From a virus (Duplodnaviria > Caudoviricetes), in IMG/VR virus record IMGVR_UViG_3300021255_004000, positions 128,001 to 192,000 of that record: a stretch of DNA of 64,000 nt; one strand, 5' to 3'. A model generated the notes under the pieces. It had not been told where the DNA came from, ran no database searches, and saw only the letters and a list, made by a program, of their open reading frames with translations. Below, one piece after another: positions 48,409-58,209 of the stretch; position 1 is the first letter of the stretch; each line of letters starts with the position of its first letter. A program made the position numbers and the translations under genes.

Positions 48409-50358
48409 TTAATATGTCATTGAAAGTGCCTGCTTATCAGTAAACACTTGCCCTTGAACATTATCAAGGGTGTCAGGCATTGTGAGTTTGCCAATCAAGT
48501 CATTATAAACAATATCACGATCTTGCATTGAACTGTAAGAATATTCTCTGTCATCATTGATAACAATAAGGAACTCACCATTTGTAGGAGCCCAGTCATC
48601 TTTGCCATTTTTGTCAGGGCCAATATATCTTTCTCTTTTTGTGATTATGTCAATTTGGTCAAGGCGAATTACATCTCTGTCGAGTTTGTAGAAATTGTTC
48701 ATATACCAAGCTCCTTAAAGTAAAGGATAATTGGAACGCCTTGTATATCAAGATGATGTTCTTTAAGATCGTCTGTAATTGCTCGTGTTATGAATTGGTT
48801 AAGTACTTGAAATGAATCATTGTCAGTAATGCGACCTGTCATAGGAAGAGTAACGTTTCCGAAACGAGGAGTGAGGTCATTCTTTATGTTATATTGATAT
48901 GAAACAAAACACCAATGTTCTTTTTCAGTTGTTTCTTTTTCCATCAAGTTCCTCCAATTCAACATCAAAACATTCATCAATGTCGTGATATGAAATTATA
49001 TATTTCGTCTTGTTCTTAAACTCAACTACATATCCATCAAATACTGCTTTAGATATATTAACTATTTCGTCGAGCGAAAAAGTAGCGCGACCTACTATTT
49101 GTCCCTTTGCGTTGATAAGTTCAACGGACATATCAGTTGCGCCATCTTTCAATTTCCAAGACTTTACCTTCTGAGGAACGAACATAATAATTAGTCAGAT
49201 GCTTTCTGATTTTTATCACGCTGTTCCTGTATCTTCATTGCATCTCCGATTGTAAACTTATCTTCAACAGCTCTTTCTTTTGCAATTCTTTCAAGATTGC
49301 GTTTGTTCTGACGACGCTGTCTACTGTTGAAATGTTTATCATCGTCTTTATGTGTAAAGCCTGCTCCCATTTTAAGTAAGGCGTTTGTCTGAGACTCATA
49401 AGCTTTACGAACAAGGAAAAGGAAGTCTGCAGGAGTTCCATCAGGTACAAGCTGCTGAAACTTGTCAATCAAACTGCCGAACATCATTGCAGAAGTAAGT
49501 TGAGCGTGTGGATTTTCGCCTCTTCCCATCATAAGAGCAATAACCGCTTCTTGTACAAGGTCATTGACTTTTGCAGCTTCTTGTTCTTTTTCTTCTTTCA
49601 TAATTGCAAAAAGCTTATCTTTTGGATCGATTGTCCAAGCAGAGTTAAAATCTTCCCAAGAAATCTTCTGTTCAAGACCACCTGCTTTAAGAATGATACC
49701 GTCTTTTGCCTTATTAAGAATTCTTACTCGTATCAAGTTTTTCTCCTACAACTTCGCGATAGTATATCTTTACTTCTTCTTCAGACAATCTGTCGAGCTT
49801 CTGAATAATCCTTTTTGAATATGCAATCTGCTTCTTTGCATTTGTAAGCTCTTTCTGATGTAAAAAGCGGTCATACCTCAGAATTGTAAATTGCATTCTC
49901 CAAAAGTCTTTTTTCATTTGCTTTGAAAGTGAGCCCCAATCATCAATAACAAATGAAACTTTATTTGGCTTGTTTTCTTTTACATTTCTCCAGCCGTGAG
50001 AGTGAATATGCTTTGTATCATTTGAAACTGCAAATGATTTAGGCTTTCCTGTCCACTCAAGTGTATCAAAGGATTTATAACCAAACTTTGGAATAGCGTT
50101 GAATCCATCTTTCTTGAGGGCAGCAATTTCCTTTTCGATTGCAGGAAGATACACATCCTTTTGTTCGTTGATTTGATATGACGCCCACTTGATTTTGCCT
50201 TTGTGAAAGTCCCTTATTGATGTTTTCATTTCTTCAATAGTCGTATCCATTTGAATTCCAACATCTTCACAGTACTTTCTAAAAACCCTGCCTTTCTCAG
50301 AGTTTGAGAAAAACTTATTTGCAAGCTGCATAAATAATTCCTGTGTTATCTTTGTCAA
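48409..50358 (-). CDS. Cluster of hypothetical genes (48409-48702, 48699-~48944, 48925-49185, 49191-49736, 49714-50358)
   Basis: Coupled minus-strand ORFs. Confidence 0.6.
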
Positions 50359-51377
50359 AGTGCACCTCCAAAAAGAAGTCTTAACAATGTTTCATTTGAA
50401 CGCATATTGTAATATGGGTTCTTTTCGTACTTCACTTTCTCGAAGTCATCTCCGATGTTTTCAGTATCAAGAATGAAGCCACAGTTGTGTTCGTGGTTAT
50501 CACAAACAATCAACTTATGAGTACGATACTTAAACTTCTTCAAACCGAGTTCTGTATGTCCTACAACCTGACATTTCAAATGTCCAGGCCAGTTATCTTG
50601 AAGCAATGAATTAGGACGAATCCAAATACAAGATTCACCAGGTGAATCACCACTGCCTGAATATCCACAATGGCAGAAATACTCTGTATCACTGTCAAGA
50701 ATTGCCTTCAATGTTTTAACATTAAAAGTTGTTGAAAAAGCATCCTTGAAATAAGGCTCCATTGCAGTGTAAGCATCGTCCATCATCTTCTTTGCATAAG
50801 CCTGTTTTTCGTGATACTCTTCAATGTACTTCTTTTCTTTTTCAGTTTTCGGATTTACAAGAGAACGAACAACACCATCAAAGAAGACATCTTCAATATG
50901 ATTGTAATTGTACTTCCACTTGTTATATTCACGCATCAGTTCCTTTGGTACTTTGTCCATTTTATGTTTGTCATTGTACCAAGAAACTGTCCTGTTGTAC
51001 CAATGCTGTGAAACGCCTGCGTGTGAAAACAAAACGCCATCAATAAGAACTGCAGGATATATGATATCCATATTCTTTGTGAACATCTCGTAATACATTT
51101 TTTCATATTCAAAATGATGTCCACTACAAGTTTGACTTGAAATGTATGCGTGATCGTGATTGCCTAAACAAATACAGAACTTATCAGGTTCTGCCCGTGC
51201 CATTTCTATAAGTTGTAAAAATCCCTCCTGCATAGGTTTACCATTGAGCTCATCTTCCCAATCGTCAACATAATCACCAAGAGTTACAACATAATCAACT
51301 TTGTCTTTGTTTGCCTTAATGAAGGCGAGAGCCTGATTCCAACTTCCGTGAATGTCAGGTACCACTAGAACTTTCAT
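50355..51377 (-). CDS. Calcineurin-like metallophosphoesterase
   Basis: DIHG, GDYVD, GNHD, HAG, GHT. Confidence 0.9.
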   Translation of the reverse strand: MKVLVVPDIHGSWNQALAFIKANKDKVDYVVTLGDYVDDWEDELNGKPMQEGFLQLIEMARAEPDKFCICLGNHDHAYISSQTCSGHHFEYEKMYYEMFTKNMDIIYPAVLIDGVLFSHAGVSQHWYNRTVSWYNDKHKMDKVPKELMREYNKWKYNYNHIEDVFFDGVVRSLVNPKTEKEKKYIEEYHEKQAYAKKMMDDAYTAMEPYFKDAFSTTFNVKTLKAILDSDTEYFCHCGYSGSGDSPGESCIWIRPNSLLQDNWPGHLKCQVVGHTELGLKKFKYRTHKLIVCDNHEHNCGFILDTENIGDDFEKVKYEKNPYYNMRSNETLLRLLFGGAL

Positions 51378-51666
51378 ACTTTCTCGTCTCCCAATTTATA
51401 ATTTTATCAACTTCTCTCTGTATGACTGCTGCATCAATCTGCTTTACATCTTCGTCATCATCAACTTCATAATTCCAATAATATTCAAAATTGATATAAT
51501 AACACTTTATATCTTTGCGATAGCCATAATCAATATTGATTACAGATATTTCTTCATCTTCAGTAATTTCAGCAACTTTATTCATAAATTGCTCGTGTTC
51601 TTTTTTACTGAAAAGATATGAGCCTTTCGAAGGCGCATCTGTATCACAGGTCAAATTCACTGTCAT
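51355..51666 (-). CDS. Hypothetical protein
   Basis: SD GAGGAG; coupled. Confidence 0.6.
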   Translation of the reverse strand: MTVNLTCDTDAPSKGSYLFSKKEHEQFMNKVAEITEDEEISVINIDYGYRKDIKCYYINFEYYWNYEVDDDEDVKQIDAAVIQREVDKIINWETRKYESSSGT

Positions 51667-52364
51667 ATTCTCCTCAATAGTTCATCAATCTCATCGTTTC
51701 TTTCTGCGTCTCGAACAGCAGCACCTTCATTTTGACGAATTTCTTCTGTTCGATTTCTGATACGCTGAATGTACTCTTCGTTCGTTTCATCTTTGTAACC
51801 GTCAAGATTTTTAGGCAATTCAGTTAAACCTACATCAGCAGTTTCATCGGTTACAACAACTTCCCAGCCATCAAAAATTGTTGGGTCCTGTTCTGAACAA
51901 AAGTCAAGAACAAATGATGAAAGATAAACAGTTCTCTTTACACCGTTTTTCAGTTCATTAAGAACATCAGTTGTAACATCAACCATTTCCATAGGTCCGT
52001 CAGCGTGATATTTATTTATGAACAACCGATTATTTGCTGTATCAACTTCAACATCAGTCAAACGGTAAACTGCTTTCTTTGCATATTCTTTCTTTGTCTT
52101 CTGAAGATCTTTTCGGATCTCTTCAAGGATCTTATTGTTCTCTTCGTCAAACTCGTACTGCTCTTCACCAATGATTTCACCTTTATTGTAATATGTTACA
52201 ACAGCGCCTGTGAATTCACTAGCAAGATAGTTAAAACCGTTGTCGGTCCAACTGTTATAGCCCAAGTTTAAGCGTCGATGACGAAGAGTTGAGCAGTCTG
52301 TTGTGTCGCCATAATAAAGATCAGCTGTGTATGCGCTTCCTAAAGAATTATTCAATACTGTCAT
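51663..52364 (-). CDS. PxxFxG-module family member
   Basis: TVYLSSFVLDFCSEQDPTIFDGWEVVV. Confidence 0.7.
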   Translation of the reverse strand: MTVLNNSLGSAYTADLYYGDTTDCSTLRHRRLNLGYNSWTDNGFNYLASEFTGAVVTYYNKGEIIGEEQYEFDEENNKILEEIRKDLQKTKKEYAKKAVYRLTDVEVDTANNRLFINKYHADGPMEMVDVTTDVLNELKNGVKRTVYLSSFVLDFCSEQDPTIFDGWEVVVTDETADVGLTELPKNLDGYKDETNEEYIQRIRNRTEEIRQNEGAAVRDAERNDEIDELLRRI

Positions 52365-52690
52365 TATGACTCCTCAAAGTAATCATCATCATCTTCATCA
52401 ATCAAGTCGAGATCAATTCCCTGGAAAATGTTTGGATTTTGCTCGAGAAGATATTCCGCATTCGTTTCGGTGATTTTCAATTTACCACCTTCAACATATT
52501 TGCGCATAAACTCAACATCTTTTAATTTGACAGGACACTTCTTTGTATCATATTTAGGAGCATCATCTTCTTTGTTTTCAGTATCTGTCAGAATGTCGGA
52601 CAAATTGAGCCCAGGCATTGAACCTGTGGCCTGTGTAAGAGCTGTCACACTTTGTATCATTTTCAAAAACTCGGAATTACTCTGTCCCAT
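52364..52690 (-). CDS. PxxFxG-module family member
   Basis: KLKITETNAEYLLEQNPNIFQGIDLDL. Confidence 0.7.
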   Translation of the reverse strand: MGQSNSEFLKMIQSVTALTQATGSMPGLNLSDILTDTENKEDDAPKYDTKKCPVKLKDVEFMRKYVEGGKLKITETNAEYLLEQNPNIFQGIDLDLIDEDDDDYFEES

Positions 52691-53030
52691 CTTCGTCCTC
52701 CTTCAAAGGTTCTCCTATATTGATATTAACTCCATCAAAAATTGTTGGGTCAACTCTTATCAATTCCTCAACGACTTTATGATGCATACAAACACTGTTG
52801 CCTGTTTCTTTATTGTAAAAGCCGCTTATCACTCTTCTTATTGTTCCTGAAGTCATATAAATAACTCTTGCAGGAAGCTTAAGTTTCTTAATGTCATTTT
52901 CAAATCTTTTATGTTGTTCTTTTGTTAGAACAACTCTTTCGCAAGTACCAATGTCAGTATAGCGAATCATTTCTTCTGCACTTTTATGAAGCTGTTTGAG
53001 CCATTCATCTCGTAAGTTTCTGTCATTCAA
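52677..53030 (-). CDS. PxxFxG-module family member (TTG start likely)
   Basis: SVCMHHKVVEELIRVDPTIFDGVNINI. Confidence 0.7.
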   Translation of the reverse strand: MNDRNLRDEWLKQLHKSAEEMIRYTDIGTCERVVLTKEQHKRFENDIKKLKLPARVIYMTSGTIRRVISGFYNKETGNSVCMHHKVVEELIRVDPTIFDGVNINIGEPLKEDEDGTE

Positions 53031-53343
53031 TGTACAACTCCTTTCCATCAAACAACTCAGGATTCTTATCAAGAAAATATTCCGCAACTGCTGAGTTCAA
53101 TGAAATCATCGTACTCTTTTTAATTGCTTCAATAACATATTGTGTCAAAGTCATTTGAGCAGTTGTTGTGTCAATCATCAAGTCTGGATTTCCGTCAAGA
53201 AACACAAACCCAGTGAGATCAAGATCGCCTTTTGCTGAAACACAACTTGTCAAATCTGCTGTGAAGTTTGGAGTACCCCAAGAATCTCCTGGGTGATATC
53301 CAAACTGTTGTGTGCCATTCGGACAAAACTTATTCATCAGCAA
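53023..53343 (-). CDS. PxxFxG-module family member
   Basis: MISLNSAVAEYFLDKNPELFDGKELYI. Confidence 0.7.
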   Translation of the reverse strand: MLMNKFCPNGTQQFGYHPGDSWGTPNFTADLTSCVSAKGDLDLTGFVFLDGNPDLMIDTTTAQMTLTQYVIEAIKKSTMISLNSAVAEYFLDKNPELFDGKELYIE

Positions 53344-54394
53344 GTCCTTCGATATGAGGAATGATTTCGCCGCGCTTTACAATCTTTACTTTTGAACCGA
53401 TTTCAATTCCGTGCTTAATCAACCAATTTGCGTTTGAGCAAGATGCTCTCTTAACAGTTGTTCCACAAAGATCAACCGCTTCAACGATTGCAACTGGGTT
53501 GAAGTATTTTCCTGATTGAGACCATTCAATGTCAAGAACAGTTGTTATTGCAACATCAAGTTCAAACTTGATAGCGCAAGAGTTCTTAGGAGTTCTGTTC
53601 TTGAGGTCTTCATAGTCGATAACTTCAGGCTTTACAACCACTCCGTCAATATCATATTCAATGTTTTCACGATTGTTGTACTGAGAAGTACGGAAGGCGA
53701 AAGCTTCTGTCAAGTTCTTTACAACAGCGTGTTCTGGGATTTCAAATCCATTTCCTGAAAGGAATTCCAATTTCTGAACTTCAGTTTTGATTGTCTTTTC
53801 ACCAACTTCCTGCATATCATAAGCAACAAAGTTGAGATTGTCAAGTTCTGAACCGTCAAGATGTTTCATAATTCCTGCAGCAGCATTGCGGCAGTTCTTC
53901 ATCTTGTCTTTGTAGTTTTTGTTGAACATTGAGTGAGACATCAGGATTTCGCCGCGAATTGAACAATCCATTGGCAAGTTCAAAGTTGAATTAACACCTT
54001 TAACAAGCTTTGCATTTTCAGTGATATCATCACCTTCAAAGCCTGTGCCGCGTGTAACTGCCTGAACAAGTTTTCCGTTGCGGAACTTAAGTTCAATTCC
54101 TGCACCGTCCATCTTCTGTTCCATAACATACACACCAGGGTGTTTGCGGAACCATTCTTTGAAAGCAGATTCATCTTTACACTTTGCAAGTGTTCCTGTT
54201 ATCAAATCGTGTTTTGCTTTTGCAAAACCTTCAGTGTGATCGTCATAAGTTACTGTATCAACATAAGTTGGATCAAGAGTTTTCAGTTCATTGACAAGTT
54301 GGTCAAACTCCTTGTCTGACATAATAGGCTCAGCATTGCCGTATGCGATTGATGCTTCTTCGATCTTTGCTTTCAATTCATCAATTCTTGTCAT
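53330..54394 (-). CDS. ligA: NAD-dependent DNA ligase, N-terminal subunit only (Ia, adenylation and OB domains)
   Basis: Y...MSDKEFD, KMDG, TRGTGFEG, RGE, RNAAAG, DGVVVK, AIKF, RGEIIP; ends at 354 aa. Confidence 0.85.
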   Translation of the reverse strand: MTRIDELKAKIEEASIAYGNAEPIMSDKEFDQLVNELKTLDPTYVDTVTYDDHTEGFAKAKHDLITGTLAKCKDESAFKEWFRKHPGVYVMEQKMDGAGIELKFRNGKLVQAVTRGTGFEGDDITENAKLVKGVNSTLNLPMDCSIRGEILMSHSMFNKNYKDKMKNCRNAAAGIMKHLDGSELDNLNFVAYDMQEVGEKTIKTEVQKLEFLSGNGFEIPEHAVVKNLTEAFAFRTSQYNNRENIEYDIDGVVVKPEVIDYEDLKNRTPKNSCAIKFELDVAITTVLDIEWSQSGKYFNPVAIVEAVDLCGTTVKRASCSNANWLIKHGIEIGSKVKIVKRGEIIPHIEGLADE

Positions 54395-54428
54395 AAGTTA
54401 CTCCGTATCAATTCAGTTTTACAGTAAT

Positions 54429-54457
54429 AATATAAAAGAGGTTGCTTAAGAGTTCAA
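54429..54457 (-). promoter_or_regulatory. Class I promoter
   Basis: TTGAAC-17-TATATT. Confidence 0.85.
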
Positions 54458-55935
54458 TTTTTCCGCTTTCATTTTTACAACTTTTTCATAAAGTTTTTTG
54501 ATTTGTGTGCCACTTTCTTTGATCTTTTCCCTAAGATCGTCCAAGAACATTTTTTGCTGTTTCTTCTGTAGACGAAGTTTTTCCACATTCTTGAAAGAGT
54601 TCATAAGAAACTGAACATTTTTGTCTGACATCTTTTCAATAGGGATTTTCGCCATCTTTTTGATGTACCCATATTCCCGCTGCAAGGCATATTCAGTCAT
54701 TGGAAGATTTCCATACTTATTTGCTTTATAGCGATTTTTGAGAGAAACTTCCAAGTTTCGCTGATGTGTCAATTCAACAATTTTAGACTCAAGAGCTTCA
54801 ATACTGTTTTTGCTTTCATACATCTGGCAGTCCTCAAAAGTATCAAACTCTTTGCCGTCTTCTGAAATATAAACTTTCTTTGTTTCGACTGTCATACCAA
54901 GTCCTCCAACTTAATATCTTTATAAGCATCCTCTCGGATAATGTCGTGTTCAAAATTGTCCATAGGGAAACGATGCCGAGTAATGATTCTCTCACGAACA
55001 ATCAACTTTGCATAAGCTTCAGCATTTTTATCATAAAACTTTCGATAATCGTATGTTTGATTATGAGGTTCATAACCTGGGCTGTTTGGTTTGTCAATAC
55101 AACGGCGGTAACAATATTCATCACTCTTTTTACCGCTGTGCTTGCAAGACAAGCAAGGACTTTTCTGTTTGCTTTCGATGATTATAGTTTCTTCTTCAAC
55201 AGAACGCTCAAGAAACAGGTCGCTCATCAATCTCCTCCTCCTCGAGAAGCTTTTCTGTTTCTCGATTAAGTTCCTGACGATCAGATGAAGTATAAAAAGC
55301 AACTCTTTTCAATTTGAGTTCTGAAGTTTTGTTCTTCAGCATCCCATAAGCGCAGTATGAATTCTTAAGTTTTGCAACTTTATTTTCTGATGCCATCAAT
55401 TTCTCCAAACAAATGTACTACTTTACTAGAATGACCAATGTCAACTGAAATGTCGAACAACTTTTCCAAATTAAGAAAGGGATTAAAACCTGTTGCTGCA
55501 GAAATTTCGATTGTAAAATCATCAGGCAGATTTTTCGTCAATTCTCTAAACTGACCCAAAGTAAGTCCGTCCATTTTCAACTCCTTAATTGTGATAGAGT
55601 TCGCGTGCAACAACGAATGGGTTGCCTTTCTGATAACCATATCTGTCTTTCTTGTAAGCAATTTCAAGTTCGAAGTCCTTTCCAAGTTCAAGAGGACCAG
55701 ATTTTGAAAGGATGCAGTCGAAAGAATTGCTGCCGTAAATTGCCTTATCGCAAGACATCTTTGCAAACTTTTCAGCTTCCTTTTCTGTCTTTGCGATTAC
55801 TGTTGACTTTGCTGTGTATGAACCAAGCTGTGGGTTATAGCGGGTGTACTGATATTCAAACTTGTACCATTTTTTCTTTGCAGCCATTTCAAGGCGGTCA
55901 TCAGTTGTCCAAAGATATGCAGGTTTCTTTTCCAT
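54446..55935 (-). CDS. Cluster of early hypothetical genes (54446-54895, 54892-~55227, 55208-~55396, 55380-~55574, 55585-55935)
   Basis: Coupled ORFs after class I promoter. Confidence 0.6.
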
Positions 55936-55969
55936 AATTTGCTCCTTTTATTTGGCGTTTTACAGAAAT

Positions 55970-55998
55970 AATATAAAAGAAGCTAATGCAAAGTTCAA
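55970..55998 (-). promoter_or_regulatory. Class I promoter
   Basis: TTGAAC-17-TATATT. Confidence 0.85.
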
Positions 55999-55999
55999 T

Positions 56000-56491
56000 T
56001 TATTCCCAAGTATTTTTAATTATTTGTACATTTATTCCGTTGAAAAACTCAGGACTGAACTCGATAATTGCCTCAGCTATTGCAGGAAAAACATAAACGG
56101 GAAACTCTCCATAAGATGGAGCAGGAACTGCATCACGAATGCATTTTACCCAAATCAATGTAAAATAAAAGTTTTTGATCTCAGGCGGCATTGGGTATCT
56201 ATCATAATTCTTGATAAAAAACTCTACTGCTTTATCGTAAGCTTTTGAAAAGCCTTTTCTGGAAGCTATTGAAAGTTTATCAACATATGTAATTACGGGT
56301 GATATTGACTGCATTGAAAAGTCGATATAAAAATATCTTTTTACTGCAATGAACACTTGACGATACTTATCTGGGTCATCATCAAAGTCATAGTTTGCTG
56401 CCCAACTTGTCAAAAGACTTCTTGCATACATTGGGTCAAACTTTTTTGTAACTTCAGCCCATTTATTAAGGCTTTCCACCGACTTTGTCAT
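56000..56491 (-). CDS. PxxFxG-module family member
   Basis: PVYVFPAIAEAIIEFSPEFFNGINVQI. Confidence 0.7.
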   Translation of the reverse strand: MTKSVESLNKWAEVTKKFDPMYARSLLTSWAANYDFDDDPDKYRQVFIAVKRYFYIDFSMQSISPVITYVDKLSIASRKGFSKAYDKAVEFFIKNYDRYPMPPEIKNFYFTLIWVKCIRDAVPAPSYGEFPVYVFPAIAEAIIEFSPEFFNGINVQIIKNTWE

Positions 56492-58058
56492 ATGTTGTCA
56501 TTTCTCCATCATCTTTACTTGGGCTTCGATTGCTGTTTGTAAGCAGCCACTTACGATAGCATTCCATACATCTTACTTTTACGAGTTTGCCTTCTTTGTT
56601 GTAAATATGTTCAAAATGAATTGTACCTGCGTGAGAGGAGAAACGATACTCGCCAAAGTAATCTCCAATTACCTTAGGATGCTTATGTAAAATATGTTCC
56701 TTAATAAGAGCGTCAAAAAACTCATCATCAGTTTTGTACTGTTTTGGAAGTTGGAAGTTTTCCTGTGTCATTGCATTTGCTTCTTCCATTACAAGCGCTT
56801 CTTTTTCAATAAGAAGTTCAAGTCGTTCAACGCCCCGTAAGATAGATGCTTTTTGATCTTCGATTTCTCTGTCAAGCAATTTTATATGATCATCATAGGA
56901 TGTATAGTTTTCACTTGTATCATCTTTTGGTGGGTCAAACAAACGCATACCGATTGAAAACACATTGCGATTTTTGATACGCTCATCACGGTTCTTTTTG
57001 CGTTCTGACATAAGAGACATTGTCTTTTTGATGGCTGCATCTTTATCAAAAGTTGCCGCCACATCAACAACTTTCTTATCGTCAATTTCGAGATCCATCA
57101 TTTTTTCATCTCGTTCTGTATCTTCTGGGTCAATCATTCAAAACCTACCAATTTTATCATATCAACTCTAGCATTTTCAAAACCCATTGAAGGCATATCA
57201 CAAGTTGTAAACTCGCCGCCGGAAGTGTCTCTTTCATACTCGAGAATCACGCAGTCATTGCGATGCTCAATCTTTGTAACATTATCAACAGTTATCTTTT
57301 TTCCGTTTTTGAGAAACACTTCTGCTCGCATATTACCACCCCAATTTCTTGTTTGGATCTTTTGCTCGAACAATAACGCAGTTTGCTGGAGAGAGCCCAA
57401 AGTTGATAGTTGAAGGAGTCATCTTCGCAACTTTTACAATAACAACACTTGCGCCTGCTCCACTTGCAACAGTATCACCAATCTCAATGGGAATGCCAAA
57501 CTTATCAGTAAGAGGATGCTTTTTAAGGTACTCATCTTTGTCATTTACTTTAGTTAAAGCAGAGTTAACTTTCATAAATCTTTCAAAACCAAGTACATTT
57601 GCAATGTGTTCTCTTAATGCTACGATAGGCGGATGATTTTCCCAACCAGTGAAATCTTTTTCTTTGTCATCTGCAAAAGACGCTATTTTCAAGTTGAACC
57701 TAACAAGCTTACAAGGCTTATAATTATTTGGATAGTGTCTTTTAACATATTCTTCATTGTCAGTGTAATCTGGCTCACAAGTAGAATAGTAACCGTAGCT
57801 AAAGCCATCAACAATTTTATAAGAGATGTTAAAAAATGTTCTACCAAAGTTGATGTCATTGACACCTTTAACAACATCTTTTGAAATTATTTGGAGTTTC
57901 TTGAAAGCATTGATGCAGCCTTCGGTTGTATCATCACAAGGAAACAAATGATAGAACTTGAAGTAACGAACTCTTTCGCCATCAACTTTTTCACTAAGGA
58001 AATTATCCCAGTCAAGTTCAACATATTCAAGCAGACACTGTTTCTCGATGTATTCCAT
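56466..58058 (-). CDS. Three hypothetical genes (56466-57137, 57134-~57331, 57333-58058)
   Basis: Coupled ORFs; GTTAATAT at 58075-58082. Confidence 0.6.
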
Positions 58059-58077
58059 AAAAACTCCTTATTGAATA

Positions 58078-58209
58078 TTAACTCCAAAGAAGTGACTCAG
58101 GATGCTCACAGATCCTTTCTGCAGCGTGTTTGATAGCAGCTTCCCAGTTATAAGTTTTGTTTTTGATTGCCTTTTTGATTGCGGCAACTTTAGTCGTCAT
58201 CTTCTTCAT
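58078..58209 (-). CDS. 43-aa FlgM-like (anti-sigma28) protein, not in ORF track
   Basis: MKKMTTKVAAIKKAIKNKTYNWEAAIKHAAERICEHPESLLWS; SD GGAGA upstream. Confidence 0.55.
   Translation of the reverse strand: MKKMTTKVAAIKKAIKNKTYNWEAAIKHAAERICEHPESLLWS

Noticed and set aside
51663-53343. PxxFxG modules as scattered BRCT/HhH remnants of the truncated ligase
   Set aside because: LFxGK-strand resembles a BRCT start, but most of the proteins end soon after it, the TG and later BRCT elements are missing, and the module also occurs 10 kb away
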